A DNA stretch of 62,656 nucleotides, counting the filler, from Basidioascus undulatus (taxonomy: Eukaryota): the NCBI GenBank assembly GCA_000826855.1. It is 19 parts of 19 records of this genome, joined end to end, with 100 filler letters (N's around TTAATTAATTAA, not from the genome) between each part and the next. Parts side by side here need not be neighbours in the genome. Positions count along the whole stretch, not along the records: positions 33,891 to 36,018 come from JTLS01002921.1; positions 36,119 to 38,245 come from JTLS01002922.1; positions 38,346 to 40,472 come from JTLS01002923.1; positions 40,573 to 42,698 come from JTLS01002924.1; positions 42,799 to 44,922 come from JTLS01002925.1; positions 45,023 to 47,144 come from JTLS01002926.1; 13 more parts are not named here. One strand, 5' to 3'. Below, one piece after another: positions 35,325-47,244 of the stretch (the stretch's first letter is position 1; every line of letters begins with the position of its first letter). Position numbers and translations under genes: made by a program. Under the pieces are notes generated by a model, which searched no databases, was not told the DNA's origin, and worked only from the letters and a program-made list of their open reading frames with translations.

Positions 35325-36416
35325 CTTATGGGGGAATCAACAGGCGATGAGGAGGGGTGGAGGTTGAGCAGGACAGTGAGAGCCGGTTGCTGTCTGATCA
35401 GAGCTCTGTACGGCGTGTACGGCGTAGAACCAGGGGGAAGCCCGGGGCTAAGGAGAGCTTACTTCAGATCTTCTGAAGAAAAGGACTGCTTGAGGATGTC
35501 GGTGGGAGAGGCAAGAGGAAGGAGGCAGGGGGTGAAAGGTCAGAAAGACGACGGACGCGCTTCGCACGCGCTCAGTCAGCCGGGTGACGCGATCGCCATT
35601 ATCAGGCTCGGCTCGGACGAATCGCTGGCTTGCATGAAAGCCCGAGCAAGTATACAGATCTCAAATGGTATACAGATCAAAATCTGAGTGCATCGAATGA
35701 AGAGATTCAGCTTGGCAGCAGCTGAAGCAAGCAGAAGCAGTGAAGCAGTGAAGCAGAACGCTCTCTCTGCCTTTCCGCGGTGCTCGGTGCTCGCCACATC
35801 CTCGGTCCATCCCCATCATCCGGGGACGCTCCGCATGTACCCGGCCGCTACCGGCCCAGGCACCGCGTCCCCTCTCGCTCGATCGCTCCTGTCCGCCTAA
35901 TCATCCAAACACCTTCCCACCTCCCTCCTTCCTCCTCCTTCTCCTCATCTCCTTCTCCAACACACGCGCACGTCCTCGGCGCCGTCCTACCCGCCCGCGC
36001 CGCCCACTTCCCCACCCANNNNNNNNNNNNNNNNNNNNNNNNNNNNNNNNNNNNNNNNNNNNTTAATTAATTAANNNNNNNNNNNNNNNNNNNNNNNNNN
36101 NNNNNNNNNNNNNNNNNNATAGAACTCAACAAGAACCATGGGGTGGTGGGGTGTTACGAGTTTACGGGCGCGGTGATGGGGCGGTAGCTGGAGTTGGGGT
36201 AGTGTATTCTTTATTGGGTTATTAGCGTTTGACGAGCATCCTCATATTAACGGCGCACTTCCGCAGGCCGATGACTGACTGACCCCGCGTCCCCCGCGTC
36301 GATGACTGCCTTAACCCGCAACCCTCTCTCGGGACTCACTTACATATAGCGAATTGACTTCCCATGAGGAGATGTGATGGAGAGATGTGGTGCAAGAAAA
36401 GGCATGCAAAAGGAAG

Positions 36417-36498
36417 CTCTCTGGCCGGGAATTGAACCCGGGTCGCCCGCGGTCAGATGGATGACAAGCGGATATACTAGCCACTATACTACCAAAGA
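36417..36498 (-). tRNA. tRNA-Asp(GTC) with a 10-nt intron
   Basis: TCTTTGG/CCAGAGA acceptor stem, anticodon loop TT-GTC-A, intron TCCATCTGAC (36452-36461) after base 37, B-box GGTTCAATTCC, discriminator G, and a downstream T run. Confidence 0.93.
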
Positions 36499-38345
36499 CT
36501 TGAAACTTGATGATATATAGAGGATCAGTTAAAGCATCTTATAATGAAGAAAGCCACAAGTCTGGTCTTCGGTCCTCGATCCACAAACTAATCACACCAG
36601 ACTGTATAGATTGAGAATAACGTGTTCATAATTCATCGTCAAAAGTAGCGAAGGCCGCGTCAAATCCCTGAAAGTCAATTATACTGTCCCGCCCATGTCG
36701 AGTCTCTTTTCCATGCCATCCCACATAGTCGACTTACCATACTTGCAGCCCCTCAGCCCCTCGCGCTACGACCCTCAGCGCCCTTCGAGTCCCCCGGCGG
36801 TGCGCCAGCGGGGCGGGTGCTGACACCGGCCGGCATTGCGAGCTCCCCGCGTGTCGAGGGGCTCACGGCTGCGCAAGCATCGCACATCAACCATCATTAT
36901 CCCGGTTCCAAAATTCTATCTCAGAACTGAGAAGCCTACGCACCTGACAGCCGGCACCGATGAGCAGGACGGCCCCGAGGGCGAGCGCGGTGAGCTGGGC
37001 GGGCTTGAGGCCTGCTAGGTACACCACGGTTCAGCAACTCGTGCCCCATAACACACATCGCGGAAGAGCGTAGGAACTCACCAGCCTGGTTCGCATTCCG
37101 ACCCGGAGCCTGAGAAGTGGGCCCGGCGCGGTAGCCTGCGCGCAAGGGAGAGAGGGTTGAGCGGAGGCGGTACATTCTGGTATCGGGTTTCGGTATGGGC
37201 ATTGATGGACGGTTAGTGCGAGTGGGAGAGGCAAGAGTAAGGGTGGGACGATGGGGCGAAGGGCGCAGCCTCATCGAGGAGGAGGAAGGGATGATAACAG
37301 CTTCGAAGATGACGCAATTTTTCGGGAGGGCACGCAGATCTGTCGATCATCGAGACACCACTTGTATGAGGACCGAAGTCGTTTCAAAAAAATAGCAAGA
37401 TAAGACCACTGCAAGACTGTGGGAAGCTTTGATGGGCAAGGAGCTGAAGGTCGGTGCTGGGGAGTCGACGCTGGGCGGGGAGAACAACCAACACCCATTA
37501 TTTCCCTGTCCACACTGCTAGAACAATAATGGCATTGACGGAAAGCCTAGAAAATAAACTACACAGAACTTCAAGAAACAAGTAGCTTATGGACGGCGAA
37601 AGGCAGGGTAGGAACCGACATACACGTCTGCGTGCCCCGGCAATGCTCTGGCGAATAGCAGGCCCTCCCGTTGTGCTCGACAGAGAGGAGCAAAGCTTCT
37701 GCAAGTACCCAGTTCTTTCTTCATGAAAAGCTTGATTCTCTGATTATAGGTAAAAATCAGTGTCAGACATTGATGGCAACCGGGTCGTTCAACGAGGCGT
37801 GATACAGCTCTACCTGCTTCAACTGCCCTACTCAGGGACTACAACCTGTCGCCTGCTATAATGTGCAGTGGCTCTACATTTCATCCTTGCGCCTGTTCCG
37901 TAATCTCAAGTCTGTGTCAATACACTTTGCAATCCCGATTCCACTCATACACAGATTCCACTCCGGTACTCATTCTTAATCGTGTGGCTATTTCAAAGCT
38001 GTGTCCCTCGGGCCTCGCTGATGCAGACCTGCCCCCTGCCCCTTCCGCCCTCCGCTCACGCGCCTCGCATCCTGTGACTCCGAAGCGGAGCATGTGCCCG
38101 CTCACCGGCCATTCAGTAGGCAATGCGTCTCAGACTGAATGTCGCGGCATTCCTGATGAAGCATCCGCATTGCGTGTACGCCCACAGTTATAAGAACTGC
38201 TGCAGCATGCGTGGTTCCCTTTCGCCCACTCTCCTTCTCTCGAGCNNNNNNNNNNNNNNNNNNNNNNNNNNNNNNNNNNNNNNNNNNNNTTAATTAATTA
38301 ANNNNNNNNNNNNNNNNNNNNNNNNNNNNNNNNNNNNNNNNNNNN

Positions 38346-40268
38346 CCGCGCGCGCTGCTGGCGCGGGCCCAGGACGGGCTCGCGTGCGGGCGCCGGGGCG
38401 GGCGAGCGCGCGGGAGAGGGAACAGCGACGCGCGCCGCTGTCCGGATCGTGCCGGGCGTCGCGGGGGTGAGAATCATCGCTTTCGGGCCGGGCGAGGCAA
38501 ACGCGGACTGGGGGCGGGCCGAGCGGGCGGGGAGAGCTGTGCGCGTGGGGTGGAACGAGCGTCAGCATGATTTGTTTTCGGTGAAGCGGTAGGGTGAAGT
38601 GAGGAGCGGGGGCACTCACCCTTCGTCTTCGCCTTCTTCGCCGCCGCCTCCATCTCCGCCTTTGCCGCGGCTGCCTCCATCTCAGCCGCGCGCTCGCGAT
38701 ACTCGACGAGCAGGTAATACAGGCCTTTCTCGATGTTGCGCTCCTCGCTCATGAGCGCGCGGACGACGTCCTCCATGCGCGCGCCCCGGAGGAGCGTGCG
38801 CAGGTTGCCGACCACGTCGTGGTCGAGCTCGGCGTGCACGTGCGCGGCGAAGTCGTCGAGCGACGGCGGCGCGACCGGCGGCTTGTACGGCGAGGGCCCG
38901 CTGTTCATGAAGGGGTGGACGAGGATCTCGGGCATCTGCGGGAGGGGACGGGGGTGTCAGGAGGAAGAAGGGAAGGCCAAAGAGAGGAAGGGGAAGGCAG
39001 AGGACGCACAGTGATGCGGCGGGCGGGGTCGACGACCAGCATTCGGCGGATGAGGTCCGCTGCGTCCGCGGGGAAGTGGTTAGGCATGACATACCGGCCG
39101 CGCTTGACGCAGCTCAGCAGGGTGGGCATGCTGGAAGAGGCGGGAGGGGAGGGCATGGCGAGGTGAGCGTGGGACACGAGAAGAAGTGAAAGAGTCCGGC
39201 GCACTGTTCGTGGTCGAACGGCAAGCGCCCGGCAAGAAGCGCGTAGAGGATCACGCCGCAGCTCCAGATGTCGCTCGCCGCTCCGTCGTACTTGTCGCCC
39301 TGTGCACCGCTTTCTAATCAGCTCCTGGATCCCACCTCCAAACACAAGGAGCAAACACAAGACGCACTCGGACGATCTCCGGGCTAGCGTAATGGGGGCT
39401 CCCGCAGCTCGTGCGGAGTTGCTCGCCCGGGCGCTGGAGCGCGGCCATGCCCCAGTCGGCGAGCTTGATTTGCTTGTCCGCGGAGAGGAGAACGTTCTCG
39501 GGCTTGAGGTCGCGGTGCGCGACCATGAATCGGTGGCAGTAGTCGATTCCGGCGATGATCTGCTGGAAGTAGACGAGCGCCTCGGACGGACGCAGCGCGC
39601 CCTTGTCGACGAGGTAGTCAAAGAGCTCGCCGCCGGACTGGAGGGATGGGGGGAGGACGTGAGCGGAGTGGATGGATGCGAGAGGAGGGAGAGGCGGACG
39701 CACGACGAATTCAAGGATCAGGTACAGATTGTCGGGGTTCTCCCACACGTCGTACATCTTCATCACGTTCGGGTCTAGATGCCCACACCGCTCACGTCAG
39801 ACTCAGAGGGAACGGGAAGAAGGGAGCGAAGAAGGGGGACGATGTACGATCGAAGAGCTTCATCACCGAGATCTCGCGCTCGATGTCATTCATGTGCTTG
39901 TCGGCCTTCGCGCCGGCCTCGGCGAGGTGCATCTGCGACTGGCGGATGACGGCCTTGGGGATGATCTTGACCGCGGTCTTCTCGCCGGTCGCGGCGTGCT
40001 TCGCAAGTCGAACGCGGCCTGCCATTTTTCCCCGGGCGTTCACATGGACATCCGTCAGCGTCCGGCAGCGAGGGGCGTGGGAAGGGACGGGGGAGGACGC
40101 ACCACTGGAGCCTTTGCCGACCGTCTTGCCCAGCTTCCAGGGCCCAATCTGCTTGGGGTCCAACGCCTCGGCTGGGTCGGCGCCGGCTCCCCTGCGCTCG
40201 CGCTCGTAGCGGGTCGGTCGCGGGGTCGGGGCGTCGCGGCGGGCGCGGTCGGACGGGGCGGCGGACAT
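38346..40268 (-). CDS. Nim1/Gin4/Hsl1/Cdr2-family (CAMKL) Ser/Thr kinase, 3'-truncated
   Basis: [74 protein letters not shown] and [13 protein letters not shown]. Confidence 0.88.
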
Positions 40269-40316
40269 CGCAGTGGAGCGATGGGTGGGAGAGTATTAAG
40301 AGACTAGAGGAGGGAC

Positions 40317-40418
40317 GTTGAAGGTTAATTGGGCGAAAGCAAGGGGGAAAGTTGAAGGGTAATTGGGCGAAAGCAAGGGGGGAAGTTGAAGGGTAATTGG
40401 GCGAAAGCGAGGGGGGAC
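40317..40418. repeat. 3 x 34-bp tandem repeat upstream of the kinase
   Basis: GTTGAAGGKTAATTGGGCGAAAGCRAGGGGGRAM units at 40317, 40351 and 40385, with no spacers. Confidence 0.92.
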
Positions 40419-40572
40419 GGTGAGAGATGGGTGCGAAGATCCCAGCAGACTCCGTCGCAAAACTCGAGCTTGNNNNNNNNNNNNNNNNNNNNNNNNNNNN
40501 NNNNNNNNNNNNNNNNTTAATTAATTAANNNNNNNNNNNNNNNNNNNNNNNNNNNNNNNNNNNNNNNNNNNN

Positions 40573-41488
40573 GGATGAGGAGGCCCCGAAGGTGGAGGAG
40601 GAATCGCTCCCCAATGCAGCGCACCTCTCCGCGCCTCCTCTGCCTCCTACCACCGCAGACGACCCGGCCTTCCCCGCGCCCACGTACACCCCCAGCTCAC
40701 CGTACCCCGATCCTGCGCCCTACTCCCCGCACATGATGGCCCAGCGCCAATCCGTGCGGCTCGTAGTGCACGAATACCCGCCCACCCCAGCTGCACCCTC
40801 ACCTGCACCCGAACACAACGTCTTCTACAGCACGCACCCGCAGCTCTACTCCTCCTACCCTCCCCAGCCCGAGCTCGAGCCGACGCCGAGTCCCACGCAC
40901 GCCGACACGCGGCACGCACACAAGCCGTCCCTCGGCGCGTCCCTGGCGTCCTGCCGCTCCCCCCGCTCTACAGTGCTCTACTCCGACGAGGACGAGGACG
41001 ACGAGCGGCCCGTCGGCCTGGCGACCTCCTCCTCGGCCACCTCCCTTGCCCCCACTCCAGCCAGGCGCCCCCCACCCCCAACGCTCTCCTTCACGCCCTC
41101 GCCCTCCGCCGCCAACCCGCACCCCCGCCCGCGCAGCTCCGCATTCTCCACGTCCACGCGCAGGGACGAAAAGGAGCCCGAGCCGCTCTCGCCCACGCAG
41201 ATGCAGCGTCTCCGCGCTGAGCCGGCATATCGGAGCCCGACTATGTCCAGTGCGTCTTGTCCCTTTTTCTTGCCCTTCCCTTCGTCTTCCTCTGCAAAAA
41301 AAAAAATCCCTGTTGACGCTCCGCCCCGAATAGTATTCGGCTTTTACGACTCCCTCCCCTCCCGCCTATCAGGCATGCAGGACAGCTGGCGGAGCAGTTT
41401 CCGTAAGAGCACGCAAGCTCCTCCTGCGCAAGAGGAGCGAGAGGGAGAGAAAGGCGGGTGGTCGAGAGGCTTGGGAATTCGGACGTAG
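40573..41488 (+). CDS. 3' part of an unidentified Pro/Ser-rich protein
   Basis: Long open GC3-rich frame from the contig edge, with a probable intron (GTGCGT about 41250 to TAG about 41333) and a TAG stop. Confidence 0.55.
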
Positions 41489-42303
41489 GACATGGGAGAG
41501 AGGAAGAAAGGTATCATTATTTGCGCAGAGTGGGCCGATGGGGCGGATGTTGTACTTTCCTCTCGCATACTGTTGTCATTTTCCGGATTCGCTGTGTTTG
41601 TGCTTGCTTGGGCTTCAGTGCGTGTACTCTACAGTCGCATGGGCCGTCTTTCCAGTACAGCTCAGTTGTGTAAGCTGTTCCATTTGCGGCCCTCTTAGAG
41701 GACCCTGGCTAATGGATCTCTTGGGCGGCAGAACTGGTGTAACGGCGGGTTGATTTCGTCTCCCAGCATGTCACTGCAGCTGCCCTCCTTCCCGGCTCCC
41801 ATCGCCCCTTAAGCTTGACCACAACAGCCAGCACGCGAGCTCTCCCCAGGCTGCCCACTGTCTCCCGCTAACTCCCGCCGGCAGCGAGTTCGAAGCAGGT
41901 CGGGTGCGTGAGGATGGGGATTCGGTGGGAGTGAGCGTTGCGCCGATCGGTACAGAGCGGGGTCGGGATCAGGTCGTGTAGAGTGCATTGGCGTCGGGGG
42001 TCGACATATTAAGGGAGCAAGATGTGCGAATCGATGATTGAAAGCGCATGAGACCTGAGGTTAAAGGACGTGTGGGTGAGGAAGATACGAAGGGCGGGTG
42101 AGCATGCCCTGTAAACATGCGACGCGAGGAAGCTGGACTGAGTTCACAGCCCGCAAAGGCCGGCGCAACCCGACGCCCGCCAGCAACGCAGCTACCATAA
42201 TACAAACAAAACAAAGGCGCATGCAAATGGGAATTAAGTAGGTAGGTTAGGAGAAACGTAAGCACCACTAGTATCCTACCGCGAAAATGCAAGCTGTCCC
42301 TCG

Positions 42304-42698
42304 TCACACACCCCGTCCCTCCTCCCCCTCTCCCTCCATCTTAGCGCCCCTCGCATCCCGCATCTACCGGCGCCCCGCAAACCCGTCAGCCAACCGTCAC
42401 CCTCCCGAGTCCCCCGCGCACGAATCAACTCACCGCCCAATCCCCCAACCGCACCGCATTAAACTCCGCCCCCGGCCGACACGCCGTCCACAGCCAGTTG
42501 CGGCCCCAGCTGCCAAAGCTCCATGGGTTCCCCTTCCCCCCCACTCCCCCACCACCGGACTCCGCGTCCATCTTCTTCTGCGCTTTCAGGCGCAGCTGCT
42601 CGATCGTGGAGGAGTTCAGGAAGAGGAGCTGTCGTGGGGGCGTTGACATTGACGACGAGGGAAACCCAAAGAGAGGGAAGGAAAGCGGAATGGTGAAG
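42304..42698 (-). CDS. Probable C-terminus of a DHHC palmitoyltransferase (Erf2-like)
   Basis: LLFLNSSTIEQLR (TTxE-like) followed by NPWSFGSWGRNWLWTACRP (PaCCT-like), then a short final exon. The DHHC motif itself is not in the contig. Confidence 0.55.
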
Positions 42699-43099
42699 NN
42701 NNNNNNNNNNNNNNNNNNNNNNNNNNNNNNNNNNNNNNNNNNTTAATTAATTAANNNNNNNNNNNNNNNNNNNNNNNNNNNNNNNNNNNNNNNNNNNNGT
42801 CTCGTAATCAACCATTGCCCCCACAAGCCCCGGGTAGCCCCCGTTGCGGTCTGCTTCGCTCTGCCGGATCCTGACAGGTAGATGTACAGGCCGTAAAGTA
42901 CAAGCTGCAGTGAACAACACCCGTTCCATGCCTTTTCTCTTTAGGTTCCCTATCATGGTGTATGAATGATGAACAATGTTTCGCCTGTCTTGGAACCAAG
43001 CTGCCGCCCAAAGGAACAGCCTTGGGTTTGTGGCTTGCATGCAGAACCGCACCGGGACAGCACAGCTGAAGCTTCCACCTGTTCCTTTGGTCAAGCAGC

Positions 43100-43570
43100 G
43101 CCATGCTCAAACGCTTTGATCAGACAGTGCTACAAGAATTTCGAGAATCAGAACGGTTAAATGATATTTTCCGAAAATATGCTGAGGTGGATCAATGCGG
43201 TTGGATTCGGGCAAACGCGGGCAAACGCGGGCAAAGCCCTTCACAGCCGCGGACAAGCCACGGAAGACCTGCTTATTCAGAAAGTTACGGTCGCTAGCGT
43301 CTCGAGTGACAGAAAGATATATAGCGAAACAGATTCCTTCCTCGTTCCTCAGGGGAATCGGAAACATAGAACAGGCATGTCAGATGTTATGTACGAGAGA
43401 GTTGATTTATGTAGTTTTTGCAGAGAAAGACAATGGAACAAGCAAGTTGCCAACAGACAGAGACAAAGCATGCGATGCGGCACCGTGTGTCACGCCTGAA
43501 GGACTCCATGCAGGACAGAGTGTCTTTTACATTGTCAATATTGTCCGTTCAAGCTTAGAACAGGTTTGAG
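43100..43570 (+). mobile_element. Possible degenerate DNA-transposon protein C-terminal fragment
   Basis: Lower-GC broken frames. GIGNIEQACQMLC...LHAGQSVFYIVN loosely resembles an NVQHxC motif of fungal TE proteins (recollection only). Confidence 0.25.
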
Positions 43571-44549
43571 GGGAGTAACGCCGACAGTTATGGATCATAT
43601 AATGTTCTTCGCAGAAGTCCAAAAGACGGCTGTGCGTCAGCTTGTGAGTTGCCATGGGACGACTGCACCCCAGCCCGCTTACACAGAGTCTGAACACTAC
43701 CTATTTTCACTCACGAGGTACTTTCAGTCTCTTCACATTCATGGTTATTAAAATCTTGAATGTCCATTGGCTTGTTCCTATGCCCTCATCCGGGCCTCCC
43801 TCGCGTGTCCCCTCCGTCCTGTCTGTCTCCTTTGCACTGCTCTCTCTTCCCTGTCTCGCATTTCTATCCCCACTCCCATATTGACTGCTACTGATGCCTT
43901 CTCAAGCGCGATACAGTTTTCACCGCCCCCTGATCTCGCGGCCGAAAAACGCACTGCAAGCACGTGAAAAATGTCAGACGTTGATCGACTCGCCATCGAT
44001 ATCGCGGGGCTTATCGGAAGGAGGACGGAATCACTCAGATTGTTCAACCGACGTATAGGGGGAAGGTCATGGGGTTGTTATGTAGTCATGTGCGATAAAC
44101 AGACATGTAAAGAACGCAGGGTATACAGTTCTTGGGGAAGGCAAAGCGTTGGGGATGCAGCGGTCGAGTTGCCGGAACGATGATGCTGGGCAGACGAGCG
44201 AGACCGTACGCGCTGTTTCGCTGCCCTGTTTTTCTCTCGCAGGGTTGAAGTTGCTTTGAACTAATGGATAATGATAGGATATAGCCATACCCATCAAAGA
44301 GTATCTGAAAATATTGCTAGAGACACAGTCGGCTCGGCGGGCAAAGGGAAAGGGAGGAAAAGGGTTCAAGCGTGTTTGCATGTGAAAGCGGTGTCCGGCG
44401 TAGTCGTCGAGCGAGGCATGCTCATCTTTCTCTTCTCGACCTCTGCCCTCTGCTCTGCACCCCCGCCATCTGCCCCGCCTCCGCGCCCACCTCCGCCACC
44501 TCCTCCACCTCCTCCAAGAAGCAGCTCGCGAGGCCGCCTGGGAGGATCA

Positions 44550-44730
44550 GGCCGCAGGATGTTCCCCTCCCGCCGGAGCCGGAGGACGTGCCGCTTCCGC
44601 CCAGCCCAGGGCCGAAGAACCCGCGGGAGGTTCCTCTCCCTCCGAGCCCGAGGGAGGTGCCGCTCCCGCCCAGCCCGGGGGAGAAGAGGGAGCCAAAGGA
44701 TGTTCCTTTGCCGGAGAGCCCGGTGAAGGC
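44550..44730 (+). repeat. Coding tandem repeat P-x-(D/E)-V-P-L-P-(P/E)-(S/E)-P x5 within an unidentified gene
   Basis: PQDVPLPPEP EDVPLPPSP ..PREVPLPPSP REVPLPPSP ..PKDVPLPESP in the 44372-44922 frame. Copies differ at synonymous positions. Confidence 0.75.
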
Positions 44731-45594
44731 GCCCTCTGCACCAGCGCAGGAGAACGTCGAGCCCGCTCCCTCCTCTACTCCAACTCCCGCTGCTCCCGAG
44801 GCCGTCCCCGCCCCGCAGCCCCAGCCCGAGCACGAGCACGCCCAAGTGAAGCTCGAGACCTCTTCCCCAGTGCTCTCCGCCTCTCAGCTCCACACCTCTT
44901 CCAGCACCCTCCCCGTCGAGCCNNNNNNNNNNNNNNNNNNNNNNNNNNNNNNNNNNNNNNNNNNNNTTAATTAATTAANNNNNNNNNNNNNNNNNNNNNN
45001 NNNNNNNNNNNNNNNNNNNNNNGTTCCTTCCTCACGCCCGGCCCGCCCTTCTCCCTATTCTCCCCGTGCAAAATACGCACTACCGTCTTACATCCCGCTC
45101 ACAATCGCTCTGTGAACCCATCGAGCCTTTTTTTGATCTTTTAAAGGTGTGTCGAGCGTCCCCAGCGCGAGCCTGGGGTGGCGCGGCAGGCGGTCAGGGG
45201 TTTGCGCGAACGGAGGAGGTGGCTTTGGGAGGGCAGTGACGAGCTGGGAGTTGCTTTGTACAACGGATGTTTGGACGCCTTTGATGCGAGAGGAGCGGCT
45301 ATCCGTTCGGCGTGGCATTTTGGGGAGCGTATCGCGGACGGGAGGCCATGCTGGTCACACTCTTGCGCGGATCACCGCTCCCGGCCTCCCCTTTGTATCA
45401 GCGTTCCCGATCTCCCTCGCGCGCACACAACCAGCAACCGATCTCTTTCGCATCGCATTTCACAAAGCCGAAGCAGGCGTACTGACCCCCTCCCCCCGCA
45501 CTCCACTTTCCGCCCCTATCACGTACGCAGGTCCCGCTTTCACCGCCTCGCCCACTCTTCATCCCCTCGCCCTATCTCGCTCTCCTAGCCCATC

Positions 45595-47144
45595 ATGGAT
45601 CTTCGCGTCGGCGGAAAGTACCGTATTGGTAAGAAGATTGGTTCGGGCTCGTTTGGTGCGTCTTTCGTAGTCATTCAGGTAGCAGCGTCGAGTGGGCACA
45701 CTGAGCGTGGATTCCCCTCCGTCCACAGGCGACATCTACCTCGGTGTCAACATCATCTCTGGCGAGGAGGTCGCCATCAAGCTCGAGAGCGTGAAGGCGA
45801 AGCACCCGCAGCTGGAGTACGAGGTGTGTGCGACCCGCAGATGTCCTCCCTCGAGGCGAGCCGGGGTGGGACTAGCATGGCTCACCCTTCTTTCACGTCA
45901 CACAGTCCAAGGTCTACAAGACCCTTGCCGGCGGTGTCGGTGTTCCGTTCGTGCGGTGGTACGGCACGGAGTGCGACTACAACGCGATGGTGCGCCCTTT
46001 CGGTTCCCTTTAGACTGGCGCGGCTTCAAGCTGACGCGGAGATGGGACTTGCAGGTCATTGACCTTCTCGGACCGTCGCTTGAGGACCTCTTCAACTTCT
46101 GCAACCGCAAGTTCAGCCTCAAGACCGTCCTCCTCCTTGCTGACCAGCTCATCTCGCGCATCGAGTACATCCACTCGGTGAGTTCCGTTTCTCCCACGGA
46201 AGGCTCTGGGGTCCACTTGGGAAGACACGCGGATGGCTGACCGCATTGCTCCACGATTAGCGCAACTTCATCCACCGCGACATTAAGCCCGACAACTTCC
46301 TCATGGGCATTGCCAAGCGCGGCAACCAGGTGAGCTGATCTCGTGACCCTCAGGTGGGGAAGAGCGACTCGAAGAAGCAGGGTTTCTGATTGCGGGCTTT
46401 CCGAGACAGGTCAACATCATCGACTTCGGTCTCGCCAAGAAGTACCGCGATCCGAAGACGCACCTGCACATCCCGTACAGGGAGAACAAGAACCTCACGG
46501 GCACCGCTCGCTACACCAGCATCAACACCCACCTCGGTGTCGGTGGGTGCATTTGGCCGAGTCGGTTTCCAGGCAGCTTCCTCTGATGCGTCCGTTTCTG
46601 CAGAGCAATCCCGCCGCGATGACCTCGAGTCGCTCGGCTACGTTCTCATGTACTTCCTCCGCGGTCAGCTCCCGTGGCAGGGCCTCAAGGCGGCGACCAA
46701 GAAGCAGAAGTACGACCGCATCATGGAGAAGAAGATGACGACGACGACCGAGAACCTCTGCCGCGGGTTCCCGAACGAGTTTGCCGTCTACCTCAACTAC
46801 TGCCGGTCGCTTCGCTTCGACGACAAGCCCGACTACTCGTACCTCCGCAAGCTCTTCCGCGACCTCTTCGTCCGCGAGGGCTTCCAGTACGACTACGTCT
46901 TCGACTGGTCGGTCCAGCAGCGCACGGAGGAGAAACGTAAGGTCGTGACGGACGAGGCGGTGGCGACGCCGGGCGACACCAACAAGGCGGTTCACTCGGA
47001 GCGCATGTACGTTGATCGTTTCGCTTGCACCCCTCTCACGCGTCGCTGACAGTGTCGCTCGAGCTTGTAGGCTCCGTAGTCAGACCCGCCAGGCGCAGGC
47101 CGCGGCGCAGCAGCCCCAGCAGCCGGCTGCGGCTCGCCGCGACA
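45595..47144 (+). CDS. hhp1: Casein kinase I (Hrr25/Hhp1, CK1 delta/epsilon type), nearly complete
   Basis: [74 protein letters not shown] and [16 protein letters not shown]. Confidence 0.96.
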
Positions 47145-47244
47145 NNNNNNNNNNNNNNNNNNNNNNNNNNNNNNNNNNNNNNNNNNNNTTAATTAATTAA
47201 NNNNNNNNNNNNNNNNNNNNNNNNNNNNNNNNNNNNNNNNNNNN

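Noticed and set aside
40317..40418. CRISPR-like array (34-bp repeats)
   Set aside because: There are no unique spacers and no cas genes, and the context is eukaryotic.
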